This document shows, piece by piece, positions 16,121-31,283 of a DNA stretch of 64,000 nucleotides (position 1 is its first letter; every line of letters begins with the position of its first letter). The position numbers and the translations under genes are program-made. Origin of the DNA: the human T2T-CHM13v2.0 reference genome, Homo sapiens. The DNA lies in the NCBI RefSeq assembly GCF_009914755.1, contig NC_060931.1. One strand, written 5' to 3'. The notes under the pieces were generated by a model that ran no database searches, was not told the origin of the DNA, and saw only the letters and a list, made by a program, of their open reading frames with translations.

Positions 16121-16348
16121 GGATGGACGCGATGGCTCATGCCTGTAATCCTAGCACTTTAGGAGGCCAAGCCAGGTGGATCACTTGAGGTCAAGAGTTT
16201 TGAGACCAGGCTGAGCAACATGGTGAAACTCTGTCTCTACTAAATTACAAAAATTAGCTGGGTGTGGCAGGCGCCTGTAATCCCAGCTACTAGGGAGGCT
16301 GAGGCAGGAGAATTGCTTGGACCCAGGAGGCAGAGGAAAAAAACAAAA
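16121..16348 (+). mobile_element. AluS lacking the end of the right arm
   Basis: Alu sequence stops at ggaggcagagg then A-tail; TSD-like aagttagatt / aagctagatt. Confidence 0.88.
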
Positions 16349-17292
16349 GCTAGATTATTGAAAATGGCCAAATTCTCTACCAGCTGATTTTCAATCTATC
16401 TCTCTCTCTATTCCTTAAAGTGAGTATTGGTCTTTTGCTTTCCTTTCTATATTCTTTTTCCTTTGCCCATAATACAATGCTGGTACCACTAATTTCTAAA
16501 TCCATGTCTCCCCTCTGAGCCGTCTTCTAGGTTTAGTCCTGCATAACCCATTATGCGGATCCATGGATCACAAGGATGCCCTGCCACCCTTTTAAATTTA
16601 ACACTTCTTTCTTTCTTACTAAACAATTCTCTTTTGCCTCTTCTTGATCTCTTAAAAAAAATATGATCACTCTCTCACTCAGAGTACATGTTCCTTTAAG
16701 GCACTGGAGACCCAGCCACCAGGGGAGTCCTTGGCTGTTTATTTAGGAGATGGCCAGTCCAGCCTTCCTGGAAGCACCTTCCCAGGAGACCCCCCAGCTG
16801 TCAGCCCTCATCAGAGCCCCTCCCTGCCCCGCCTCTGATGAGCACTGGCAGGCCCTGGCTGCGCAGCCACCTGTTCCTGTCTGTTGGCCAAGGCACCTGG
16901 CTTGGGGACTTTACTAAGCCCAAATGCTCACCTTGGAGAGCTCAAGTCTGTTGCTGCCCACATTTCTGCCTTGACACTGGCCTGCTGAGACTGGCAGCGC
17001 CCCCAGCCAATGTGCCCACACACCTGTTTTAGCCACTATGGAGCATGGGCTGCCGTTCTCAGCTCTGACATCCACTTCTCCGGCCTCTGCCTGCCTCAAA
17101 ATGGGCATCACCCAGAAAAAAAAAGGCTGCTTCCATCAAGTTTATTCATTTCAAATGTTTCTAATGACATGGGGAAAATGTTCATGAGGTGGTATCAAGT
17201 GAACAGACACGAGAAAAGGTTTTAGAATGATGAATTTTTATTGACTACGTGTTTTTCTCTATCTTCCCCCCAACTATGAGCTCTTGGATGAC

Positions 17293-17587
17293 TTTATTAT
17301 TTATTTATTTGAGACAGGGTCTCACTCCGTCACAAAGGCTGGAGTGCAGTGTTATGATCTTGACTCACTGCAGCCTCAACCTCCTGGGTTTAAGGGATTC
17401 TCCTGTCTTAGCCTCCTGAGTAGCTGAGACTAGAGGTGTGTACCACCACACCTGGCTGGTTTACTTTTTGTAGAGACAGGGTCTTGCTATAGTACCCAGG
17501 CTGTTCTTGAACTCCTAGCCTCAAGCAATTCTCCCACATTGGCCTTCCAAAGTGCTGGGATTACAGGCGTAAGCACCGCACCTGGCC
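17293..17587 (-). mobile_element. AluJ
   Basis: Reverse diverged Alu; TSD atgacttta. Confidence 0.9.
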
Positions 17588-18958
17588 ATCAATGACTTTA
17601 GAGGACTTCCAGGGACGGCTTCTGCAGTCCCTGGCTTTGGAACCTGGGCTTCTTACTTCTCTCAGTGCTTCTGTTTTCTCTTCCCGTTATGAAGATTAAT
17701 TGAGATAATGGTGTAAAATCCTTGAAACAGCACCTGGTACATAGTAGGGCATTACATAACGTTATCTACAGATAGCTTCTTTTATTAACTTACATCCCTT
17801 GGACACTTCACACACTTTAAAAAAAAATGCTGGTTAAAGAAATTGAGTGAATAAATGAATGAAAATCCAATTCCTCCTTCTTCCTTAAAGTGACTCCAGC
17901 CCCCGATGCTGCCTTTGGCACTTGCCGCATCCTGCTGTTTATTCTTAAATTCATCTTCTTGTGTTTTGCCACCTGTATGGCACTTACTTTGGTGGCAGAG
18001 ACTGCCTGTGGGACACTGTCCCCTCCCAGGCGCGTGGCTGCTGGGCCTGGAAAGGCATGCAGTTAATGAACATTGATTAAAAACCTATCTTCTGTTTCCA
18101 GACTTTTAGATTCTCTTTTTTTTCTGGTCTCTTCCTGACTGCCATGGAGGCTCAGGGGAGCAGCTAAAGACGGATCACAGCAAGCAGAGGACAGAAGCGG
18201 TCCCCGGTCCTCACTGCTCCTCCACCCTTCTGTCCAGCGATAGCCTCATGGCCCTCTAACTGCAAAATGCTTTTCCACAAAGACTTAAAGTTTTTGGTCC
18301 TAGACTATTAAAAAGCATTTCTCCAGTGCTTAAAAAAAAACCTACCTGACAGATGCTTTATTCTAACACTTTGAGGTGGTACAGCACAGCACTTGGGATT
18401 TTACTTTGGAATTTTACTTTGCTTTTATAGATAGAAATTCATTGAACATATTCTGCTCTGCAGTTATTAGTAACGTTGGCCCAGGAAGAAAAGAAATCTA
18501 GCTTTCAAATGTCAGGACACCACTGAGAGAGGATAGCATGTTGACTACAACGTGTACAATGTGACTTGAAGGAACTTTAATGTACAATAAGCCATCTAGC
18601 TCCCAGAGGCGCCTCGTGACATTGTGTCAATGACACCAATCACTTTATAACAGTTCTACTCTTCTTCCAATGATCCTACCACCACTCTCCATGCTTCTGA
18701 GCCATCTACTTTTGTATGGAGGAATCAGATGTGTTCTGAAAAGGCTGTGTCCATACCCTATCTTCCTAATAACAGCCTGATGAATCTGAAAGGTAACGAC
18801 AAAGCCCCACTTTCCTGAGGCAAATTCAGCTGGTTCTTGGAAAGCAAGTATTCTGACAACAGTTGCTGTGTGAATAACAGACCCAAGATTCAAGCAATTA
18901 TCAAAAATGACAAAGGGGGCTTACAGCAACCTCTCCACAGTAGTAAAACCATGGATCA

Positions 18959-19330
<372 letters not shown>

Positions 19331-20808
19331 TCAAAAAAACAGTTAAATGGTTTACCAAAAGTGTCTTGTTTCAAGCTTCATGAAACAAATTAGGTATTAG
19401 ATTTTACCAGGATAAAGTACAGTCTTTCTGTCATAAAAATCACTAAACTATGAAGATAAGCAAAGATAGAAATAATTATGTTGAATGTATTAACGGGTTA
19501 AAGACAAGCAGACCTACCTTCTCCTTTAGATATTCTAACATGCTTCTGCTCAGCAGACATTGTATTTCCCTTCAATTGGAAGGGAAACTGCAACTTTAGA
19601 TAATGACAGAACTATAGAGATGAACAATGCAAAAATAAAGGACTACTTAGATCAATTATAATCTTTTGTGATTCTCCTAGTTCCTGATTATTTTAGTGAA
19701 TATTGTTACATATCAATGTTGCTATGGATATCAAGAACAACGTTTTTCCCCAATTTCCTTATATCTGACAGCAACAACAACCACTTTCCTAATTCCCATA
19801 TTGTCTTCAAACTTCCTTAATATCAGTCTTTTCCAAGTACTTCCAGATGACTCTAGACGCACAGAAGGCCACTGCACTCCACCATGCCTTTGTAATCAAG
19901 TGTTTCCTTTCATGTGGAAATGAATGATTCACAGGGAGAATCAATTCAGGCCTTATGGTCTGCTTACCTTCACCCATGTGAAATAATTCATTTATGTGTG
20001 TCAAGTTCACCTTTGTAAAATTAACTGTATTTATGTGCATAGCTTAAAAATAAAAATTCAGACAGATTCAATAGGATAAACAGAAATGACTGTCAGCTCC
20101 AATGGATAGGATGTTATCAGGCTAGGAGAGTAGATATGAGAAAGCCAATAAGCCCTGAAGGCAAAGTAGGGTTCAGGCTCAATTTCCACACAGGACTATG
20201 AAGGTTTATCAATGGCAAGGAACCTGAGATTGAAAGTAAGACAGCAGTCAAAAGAACACTGAAAGGAACAAGTGACCAAAAAAGTATGAAATTAGTTCAT
20301 GTTTCTCATTTAGTTTTTTTATTTTTTTCTTGTACTTCTTGTCTCTCTTTGCTACTAGTTGGTCTGCGTGCTTTTGAGTGGATGTACTAATGGCAATTCA
20401 TCCTCCTTTCTTGAGTGGCAATGGACATGATGAGACATCTGCCAGCAGGTAGTGGAGGGACGTGGCTTCTGAGTCTCAAAAAATGTCCCATTAAGTTAAT
20501 GGTGGCAACCTCAGGCAGAACCTACAGCCCTGAAGAATAGTAACACAGGATTTTCAGGAAGGGTCTAAACTATGCAAACAATAATGACAATCTCACATTC
20601 TTCACCCCTACCTTCAATATATCATCAACCCAGACTTTACTGTCTTCTTTTACTGTCATCACTTGGCCAGCCTTTCTAATTATGATACAGTGTAGCAACA
20701 GCTACTGTTTTTTGAGTGACTACCATATACTCCCTACCAGATGATATTACTAAGTGTATTTCACTAATGAGCAAACCATATGAGGGATTCTTAAAACGTT
20801 ACGTAATT

Positions 20809-21119
20809 TGGCCAGGCACAGTGGCTCATGCCTGTAATCCCAACACTTTGGGAGGCCTAGGTGCGCAGATCACTTGAGCTCAAGAGTTCGAGACCAGCCT
20901 GGCCACATGGCAAAACCTCATCACTACAAAAAATACAAAAAGTTAGCCGAGTATAGTGGTGCATGCCTGTGGTCCCAGCTACTTGGGAGGCTGAAGTGAG
21001 AGGATCACTTGAACCCAGAAGGTCAAGGCTGTAGTGAGCCAGGATCATGCCACTGCACTCCAGCTCTGGGCAACATAGGGAGACCCTGCCACAAAAAAAA
21101 AAAAAAAAAAAAAAAAAAA
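20809..21119 (+). mobile_element. AluJ, inserted in a minus-strand MIR
   Basis: Alu dimer with long A tail; MIR-like flanks 20700-20800 and 21120-21220. Confidence 0.9.
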
Positions 21120-21969
21120 GATGCTGTGTAACTTGCTCAAAGCCTCACAGCACATGGAAGAGAGTCAGAATTTGAACACAGACCTGTACAATTCCACAAT
21201 CCTTACCCTTTAACTCCATCTCAAATCTACCAAGTCCTCAAAACCATGAACGACAAGCCCAGGTGCTCAGCGCTAACACCTGTGGAGTGGGTTCTGGAGC
21301 TGGGTGCCTTGGTTCCTGGCACATAGGAAGTTCAGGAGAAATCTTATTTGAAGTGCAATGTTTTAGCATCACCATATGAATAGTAGATGATCCTTCCTCA
21401 TGCATAAATTATAAAATCCTAAATTAACACTGGAACGTTTGATACCAACCAGGAGAGCCTCTCTGCTCAAGCTCACTCTGGATGCCCAAATCACCATCTC
21501 CAACCCCAGCTTCTCTGTAGTCCTTTCTGTCTCAGACCATTTCAACCTGAATGCATATCCTTTCATAACCTCAAACTCAAATCTTACCCCAAAACTCTCT
21601 TTCCCAGTTTTCAACTTTTATTCATCTTCTTCTAGTTTGTCAGAATATAAACTTGGAATCAACACTACATCTTCCCTCTCTCCTTCATATTGTTGTTTGT
21701 TTCCTGTCCTGCCAATGCAGTCCGGAGTGACTCTCAAAGCTGTCCTCTTTATTCTGCCTGTGGGTACAGGGGAGCAAGCACAAGTCAGTGCTATCTGGAT
21801 TTCCGAAGGCATTTTGGGTTGAAGATACAGCAAATGCAAAGGCAGAGCAAAATGGATGACCCTCTTTGCATATGGAGGAGCTGATAATGTCACACAAATG
21901 AAAGATGAGACAGTGGCTCAAAAGGCAAGATAGAGGAAAAAATGCCTAATTCCTATAGACAACTCTTTT

Positions 21970-22145
21970 AGTTTTATTTTAGTTATAATTGACAAACAAT
22001 AACTGCATATTTATGGGGTATAAAGTGATATTTTGATACATGTGTACATTGTGGAATGATCAAATCAGAGTAATTAGCATACCCATCATCTCAAATATTT
22101 ATCATTTCTTTGTGGTGAGAATATTTACAATTCTCTCTTTTAGTG
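21970..22145 (-). mobile_element. L1MA-type 3' fragment
   Basis: atttatggggtataaagtgatattttgatacatgtgtacattgtggaatgatcaaatc. Confidence 0.75.
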
Positions 22146-23182
22146 AGTCTGAACTATGACAACTCTTAAAGGTTTGGACCCATGTGGGTTTTTAGACAGG
22201 GGAGCAGCATAATCAGGTGTGCAATCTCAAATGACAGGGGATTGCACTGGGGTTGAGAGAAGTTAAATGGGAAAACTGGCCAGTGTATCAAAACCCGAAG
22301 GAAATATGAAAGGAGATATGCTGACACCTGAACAATTGCCTGTACCCCTCTGTAAGGTGTCCATGAGGAATGCAAGTCCACCTAAACAGTCCTCTACAGA
22401 TGTTTTCTATCTTGGCAGGTGTCACCAAGATCCTTCCAGTTGTTCATACCAGAAATCTCAGAACTACCCTTAGCACTTTACTCTGCCTTACCCCACACAC
22501 ATAATCAATCTTCAATTTTCTGTCAAATTAGTCTTCCCATATGTCACAACGGGGACACATACCTAACTTCTTTGTGTCTCCCTATCACTGTCCCAGTTCA
22601 TGGCATAGTTGTTTCTTGATTGGGCTACTGCAAGAGCAATCTAGCCTCTCATTTTCCATTTTGACCTCAAAAAACAATTCTCCAATTGGCACCTTCTAAA
22701 AGTACAACTAACCACGTCACTCCCCTGCTTAGAAATCTTCCATTTTCTACTCCCTTGGACACGGTATTAAAGTCCACATGGCTTCTGATGGGAGAGCCTC
22801 ACAGATCCAAGTGGCCAAATCCAGAGCCCCTGTTCTTTCTCACTGTCAGATTTCCCTTTAATTCCAGAGAAGCATGACATTAGCCAGAAGCTCTTTACAT
22901 ATTTTGTCTCCAACATTCATTTCCTTATTAGTGGAACTGCCAATTAGACATAGATTATAGCTTCTTAATTTATCCTTTTCAACACAGCTTAGCATTTGTA
23001 TTAATATTTTTCATACCCTTCTCTTTTGAGCCATGTTCTGAATGAATTCCTTGTTTTCAACCTTCAATTAACCAATTCTCTCTTTAGCCAAATCCACTCT
23101 AGAGTTACTCTGTGTTTTATTGTTTTATCTTTCTGCTGTTGGTTTTTGTTTTGTTTCTTTTTTTTCATTTTATTAACATATA

Positions 23183-24205
<1,023 letters not shown>

Positions 24206-24449
24206 ACTACTGCATTTTTCACTTATAAGATGTCTAATTGGCTCTTTCTCACATACACCTGTTCACAATTTATACCCATTTGCTTTGTCCTCATAATCTC
24301 CTGTTTGTGTAGATATTATGCTCTCTCTTTTGAAGTGCTTTGAGGATACTCAACACACACCGATGTTTAAGCTCTCTCCTGCTCTGTGTACTCCTCCACA
24401 CTGACCAGAAGGAAGAGGTCCAGAGAGGGTGGCAGCAGCAGATGTGACC

Positions 24450-25800
24450 GAGACCAGATGCAGACAGTTTTCTGTGATGACTGATTGGATAAAAAGATGA
24501 GGGAGAAAAAAAGAGTCTAAAAGACACAACATGGTGTCAGCTTGAGCAAACTGGGTGTAGTTCACATCTGTCACCAAGAAAAGGAAAACGTGAAGAAAAG
24601 CAAAACTGTATGGGTTTGAGGTGGGAGGAACAACAAGGACCGTTTTGAATATGCTGAGTTTGAGGTACAAGAGCCATGTAGATAAGCAAGGCAGACAGGC
24701 AGATGGATGGTTGTTTATACAGGTCAGGGTGGTCAACGAAGAAATGACAGCCGGAAATTATGAGCATCTCATGATGATGAGGCTGATCAATCCAAACAGA
24801 TCGCCACGAGTTTGTCCCAGAGTAAGGATTCATCCATCATCATTTTGAGCTGGTTTGTCTCAAAGTCACTGATTGTCTTTTAACTACAGATGGCTTTGAT
24901 GGAAAGACACACAAAGATTTTCCTAAAGCCAATTTATAAAATGTAATAATGTATTTAGAATACATGGTGCAAACAAGGCAAAGAATGCCTTCACCATAGT
25001 CATTCCTGTTCATGTATTATTGTCTGTATCAATAGACAGAAAAAGTATAAATATCACTTATTTCCTTTACTCAACACTCCTTATGAGTTTACCACGTGCA
25101 GGCCCTATGCTGGCGCTGGGGACATACTTGGCCCATGCAGAGCATCACGTAGTGATTACAATGCTGACAAGTGGAGCCCTGTGGGATGTTACAAGTTCTA
25201 CACAGCAAGCACCCTCATCCGGTCTGAAGAGTCAGAAAAGGCCTTAGAGAAAGGTCTAAGGAACTTACACTTCATCTGGGATGGAAGAATAAACAGGTGT
25301 TAGACATGCAGAGAACTGAGGAGGATAATTTCTAGTTAAGAGAAAATCACATTTTTAAAGACTTGGAAGTAGGAAGAAATTTGTGTTTGTGAAAGGAGAA
25401 AATGTTTGCATATGATGAGAACTCAGATGGTGGCGTTGGGGAACTCCAGAGTGGCACTAAGCAAGGCAGTGCACTGGCAAGAGCTGGGGGCAGGGGGCCC
25501 TGCCAACACAGCAAGGACGTCTGGATTCTATTCTAGTGCAATGGAAGCCAGTGCAGAATGTTAGGCCTAGGGGAATGGATTGGAGGGGAAGGAAGAAGCG
25601 TGGCCTGGCAGCCAGCTGTTATGCTACTGAAGCCACCTAGGGGAAATAAGCTACAGCAGTGGCGGCTAGGACGGAAAAAGGGTGGATGGACTCAAGCCCA
25701 CTTAGGAGGCTGATTTTACAGGACTTGCTATTTGAGGGGCTATGGAGATTGTGGGGATGGGGGTTAAGCATGATGGTGATGCCATTGACCCATGAATGCA
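24450..25800 (-). mobile_element. Diverged L2 fragments
   Basis: ttttgaatatgctgagtttgaggt and tttactcaacactccttatgagtttaccacgtgcaggccctatgctggcgctggggaca; boundaries approximate. Confidence 0.5.
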
Positions 25801-26749
25801 TTTGATGGAAAGCTAGGAACAAGAAACTAGAAAAGCACATATTTTATTTGCTAGAGGCTGCTCTCATTTCCTTGGAGTTCTGGACACACTGCACATTGGT
25901 CTATATACTCCTAAAGTACAAGCTGTTTGTTCCTGGGTACCCAGAGTTCCTTCTCAACACTGAAATCCACATATTTAGATATCCTGCCACAATTAACCTG
26001 TTGACCTAACAGGAAAATAAGCACAAAGTGTAACATTCACAAAAGGTTCTAGAAATGTCAGAGGTCTTAGTCATCAAGTCTTAAGAAAACATAGTTAATA
26101 CAAGAGTGTCCTGAGTTGCCCGAACTTCTCAGAGTGGCAGTGTTGTGGAAGGAAGTAGAACAGAAGAGAATCCCACCAGCACCCACCTACAGAGCAAACT
26201 AAAAATCTGCATTTCATTTGCTGAAGGAAAAGGAGAATGCCAGAGTTCATTCTCGCTCAATTAAACTCAGCTCAGTTAAAGGGAGAGATATGTTTGCTGT
26301 GTTTTTCTTCAAAAACTTGGCAAATTTTTAAGATTTTATGAGGTTATATAGACTCTCTCACACAAGAAAAGAGAGCTAAAACCAGAAAAGTAAGTACCCC
26401 AGTCACTTCATTTTAAAGGAAGTTTAAGAAATATCTGTTACATTACCAAATCTAAAAGTTGCAAAAATCAGATGAAGGATGTCTATTCCTCTACCAATGT
26501 CATTTCACCTATTATGACGGTATGAAAGCAATGGTGCAGTATCACAGTCTTTATTACAGCTTTCTTAATTGGAGCAAAATGAGCTCTTAAAACTATGTTT
26601 GTACTCTCTGTAAAGGAGAGGCTAAGAATTTTTAGGACCATTTCCCTCATGGATAAATTGAGGCACTATCTTTAAAGGACTCACTAAAAGTTACCGTGGG
26701 AGCCAAAGGTAGCTCCTGCAGGGAGAGTGATAAATTTCAAGGGCTTCAC

Positions 26750-26973
26750 AACAATGTTTTCAAATGTAGGTCCAACAGCATGAGCATCACCAGGGGAGCT
26801 TCATAAAAACAAGGATCCCTGAACCTTGAATCACTACACAATGATCCTCTGTGTATTTTCAACATGTTTCATGAGTGATTCTGATACAGAAGCAAGCTCA
26901 GGAGCCCCTGACCTAGTCCATTCTCAACAGGAGGAGACTCTGTCCACCGCCCAAGAGACATTTGGCAATGTCT
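26750..26973. mobile_element. MER5-like relic followed by the 5' end of MER20
   Basis: ttctcaacaggaggagactctgtccaccgcccaagagacatttggcaatgtct resembles the MER20 start. Confidence 0.6.
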
Positions 26974-26974
26974 A

Positions 26975-27196
<222 letters not shown>

Positions 27197-28665
27197 TGCC
27201 TGGGTTTTGGTGTTATACAGTGCTGGATTCAAATCAGTACCTTCCTAGCTGAGTAATCTTGGGCAAGTTAATGAACCTTTGAATAACTATGAAGTAGGGA
27301 GCCTAAGCCGATCTTGAAGGCTGTAGTAAGGTGATGAAATCCCACGTGCAAGGCCTTCTATTGCCTGCCACATAGTGTGTGGTGCTTGCTGTTATTATTA
27401 CTGCTACTAACGAGCAAAATTCCATGTCAAGTACAAAAACTCAAATGGGTTTTACTCAATGAGCTTTTCAAAGGTCTTGTGTAAATCAAATTTATGCATA
27501 TGGAATTATATCTTAAATATGCTATAGAAATATGGTAGTTGAAAAACTGCAGGCAATCACACTTACCTAAAACACATGCATCTGTGTTTCTTTTAGGGAA
27601 TTAACCCCTTCCCAATATACTGGGGTAGGCGTGCTATTATAATTTTTCTGTTTGGAGAATGAAGACCACCAGTGTTTTATTCTTATCTTCACTGTTCAGA
27701 ATTGAAACCTATTGTACACACACAGTAACGGAGATCAATGTGATGAACCAAAGGATACAAATGTATGTAAGCCACTGGCTGACCTCCAAGAGCTTATAAT
27801 CTATTTCAAGAGAAGTGAGCATGAAAAAAGAAAAATGTAAATTACGTTACGTGTGAAATATATTAACTGCAAATAAAAGCTACAGGCAAAGAAAATGATA
27901 TAAGAAATTAGAAAACTGGAGAAAAGACTGCATTATAATGCGATCAGAAAAGGTTTGAGTACAAAGGAGGCTCTCTGCAGTGCTTAGCAAAGCCAGGATT
28001 TAAAGCAGTAGAGAGCTGGGAGAAGGCAGGGGGCATTCAAGGTGGCATACTTTTAGAAGGAAACGGCAAGAGATGAAAAAAGACCATGAATGTGCGGGAA
28101 CAAGCGTCTAAAGGAGCAGCTTCTATAAAACAGAGGGGTACCTGGGAATCACATACAGTGCCTGCAGACACTACCTTGGCCCAGGGACAATGCTTATGAA
28201 AAATATGGAAGGATGCAAAGCCACCCTAAAGAATCTGACTGAAGTCTCAGGAATACCAGAAAGCTCAAGAATCATCCATGTCTATTTTTTTAAACTGATA
28301 AACTTTTTTCAAACAAAATCTTTCCCCAAATCATACGCAAATGAAAATGGGACAATACAAAGGTGCTGCAGCAGGAGTGAGCGAGGGGTGCCCGGAAGCC
28401 CTCGGCAGCCACCCCTCTGCCCCAAGCCATTTGAGAAGCAGAACTAAGGTTGAAAACTATGTATCTCTTCCCATTGCCCTTTTTGGGCCTGAATATGCTC
28501 AGAACATCTTCTCCAAGCATTTGTCTGATGCACACTTGGTAGAGATGATGGATCCCCTCGCCTGATGAGATGGCCCGTGCTGGCTTTTCTTGGGTGAAGG
28601 TGAAATGTGTCTCCTAGCACAAATAGGATGGAGTTCCTACACTTGGGCCATAAAGAACGCATCTA

Positions 28666-28963
28666 GGCAGGGCACTGTGGTGGTTCATGGACTGTAATCC
28701 CAGCACTTTGGGAGGCTGAGGTGGGAGGATCGCTTAAGTCCAGGAGTTTGAGACCAGCCTGGGCAACATGGCAAAACCCCATCACTACTAAAAATACAAA
28801 GACTAGCTGGTCATGGTGGTGCACACCTGTATCTCAGCTACTCGAGAGGCTGAGGCAGGAGGATATCTTGAGCCCAGAATTAGAGGTTGCAGTGAGCTTT
28901 GATTGAGCCTTTGTACTCCAGCCTGGGTGACACAGTGAGACCCTGCGTCAAGGAAAAAAAAAA
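28666..28963 (+). mobile_element. AluJ
   Basis: Alu dimer; TSD aaagaacgcatcta / aaagaacatatcta. Confidence 0.92.
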
Positions 28964-29741
28964 AGAACATATCTAATGGTCCCCCCTCTACATGATATAA
29001 CCTCAAAAAGTTGGTAATACCTGTGAGACTCCTTTCTTCAGGTTAACATATGGGCAGTTTCACTAACCATTTGTCTCGTCTGTAGACAACTGAAGTTAGA
29101 GAGGGGAACCATATATCCACCCAACAGAGAAATGAAACTAGTGGTTAGCTGGCAGGCTATGCCGGTGATGGGAACTGTTGTTATGTATGTAGGCAGAGGT
29201 GAAACTTTAACGTCATGAGCGAACATGGACTCTAAGACAAAGAGTGTCGACAGTGAACACACAGACCAGAGGGCTTAGCACTGAGGTTGGAACTGATCTA
29301 GAAAGAAGAGGAACCAGGAAGGAAACAATCCCAGATGAATCAAACAGGGAGGAAGAATCTCAGGCACTGAAGCTAGAGGAAGGAAGGGAGAGTTTCAAGA
29401 AGATGAGAATGGGCAGCTTTGCCGAGCGTAACCGAGAGGGTGAGGACAACCAAGGCAGAGGTGCCACCAAAAAGGGGAGCCCTGTAGAGAGGTAAATTGT
29501 TGTTCATGCAAATATTAAAATAAGCATGGAACAACATAGATGGCATATACTGGTAACATTTAAATAAGCTTGGAATGGAAAAACAGAATAAAATACTACC
29601 AGAAGAGAGTTACTAGGTCAAGGGGAGGATTTTCCAAGGTGAAAACAGAAGAGTTCACTGTTGAAGACAGAGAAGAAGAAAAGAATAAGAGAAGAGAACA
29701 TGGCTGGGACAAAGCCCCAGGTAGGGTAGAAAGGATGGGCT

Positions 29742-30264
29742 AATATCATTTGACCCCGCAATCTCATTACTGGGTATATACCCAGAGGATTATAAATCAT
29801 GCTGCTTTAAAGACACATGCACACGTATGTTTATTGCGGCACTATTCACAATAGCAAAGACTTGGAACCAAGCCAAATGTCCAACAATGATAGACTGGAT
29901 TAAGAAAATGTGGCACATATACACCATGGAATACTATGCAGCCATAAAAAATGATGAGTTCATGTCCTTTGGATCCATTCTCAGCAAACTATCGCAGGGA
30001 CAGAAAACCAAACACTGCATGTTCTCACTCATAGGTGGGAATTGAACAATGAGAACACATGGACACAGGAAGGGGAACATCACACACCGGGGCCTCTTGT
30101 GGGGTAAGGGAAGCGGGGAGGGATAGCATTAGGAGATATACCTAATGTTAAATGACGAGTTAATGGGTGCAGCACACTAACAAGGCACATGTATACATAT
30201 GTAACTAACCCGCACGTTGTGCACATGTACCCTAAAACTTAAAGTATAAAAAAAAAAAAAAAAA
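29742..30264 (+). mobile_element. Young L1PA (PA3-PA5-like) 3' end, 5'-truncated
   Basis: ORF2 C-terminus (MFIAALFTIAKTWNQ..CPTMIDWIKKMWHIYTMEYYAAIKNDEFMSF), 3'UTR and poly(A). Confidence 0.95.
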
Positions 30265-30999
30265 CACCTATGTGGAGCATTGGGGGTTGGGATAAGCTGA
30301 AAGCACTGGAAACAAATTGGGACCACCTCTTCCCTTCTCTGCTAGCAGTAGAAAAAGCAAAACAAAACAGGAAGGCAGGAGATAAAGGCATCAGGTAGTC
30401 TGTGATGCCATGCAAATATGTAGGCCGAGAAGTTCTAGGCAAAGACAGAAGTGGTAGCTTTCTGGTCTGTGTCTTCCTTGAAAAGCAAGGCCTGAGGGGG
30501 CAGGGCAGAGACAAGAAATACTGGAGGCTTGAAGAGTTTATGCAGGGAACAGAAAAGCTGCTGCTCAGAAATGGTGAGTGGCCAAGATGGAAAAAAAAAA
30601 TCACAGAGTACTAGGGAGCCAGTGAATATTCCATAGCACAAATTGGCTATGTGTCCAATTAGGACACCTCTTTATTACCAGAGGATGCCTCCCACTTATC
30701 TTTTAATTTTTTCTCCTTCCTAAACATTGAAAAAGTTAGGCAGAGAAAGAATGAGAACAGAGGGCAAATGTTCACAATGGAAGTGCAGGTGAAAAGGAAA
30801 ACCAGAGTACCTAATTTTCTAATCTAGCTAATAATGGCTGCTTTTATTGAGGAATCACTCTAAGCTATGCAACATGCTACACTCTTTTCACATGATTTCT
30901 TTAATCTTCACAAGGACCATCAAAGTAGCAAATTATTATCCCAAAGAAACTGAGGCTCAAGGCTAACTGAGCCTTTCACAGAAAGCAGGGCTCCAGGAC

Positions 31000-31283
31000 T
31001 GCTATGGTCTGAATGTTTGTGTCTCCCCAAAATTCATCTGTTTGAAACCTGGCCCCCATGGTGGTGGTATAAAAACATGCTTGACAGAGCCTGTTTGCCC
31101 CTTTTGCCTGTGGGGAAACATACAAGGCACCATTTATGAGGAACAAGCCCTCATCACACACCACATCCACTGGTGCCTTGATCTTGGACTTCCCAGCCTC
31201 CAGAACTGTGAACAATAAATTTCTGTTGTTCGTAAATTTCCCAGTTTAAGGTACTTTGTTATAGCAGCTGAAGGAACTAAAAC
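31000..31283 (+). mobile_element. MLT1A-type MaLR LTR, internally deleted
   Basis: tgctatggtctgaatgtttgtgtc ... ttcccagcctccagaactgtgaacaataaatttctgttg ... gttatagcagc. Confidence 0.8.

Noticed and set aside
24720-24875. Box C/D snoRNA-like motifs (ATGATGA, CTGA) and a 9-bp atgatgatg/catcatcat inverted repeat
   Set aside because: No terminal stem or recognisable guide on the host strand; adjacent to decayed L2; chance (ATG)n symmetry
29827-30045. L1 ORF2 C-terminal ORF
   Set aside because: 5'-truncated, internally deleted retrocopy; non-functional
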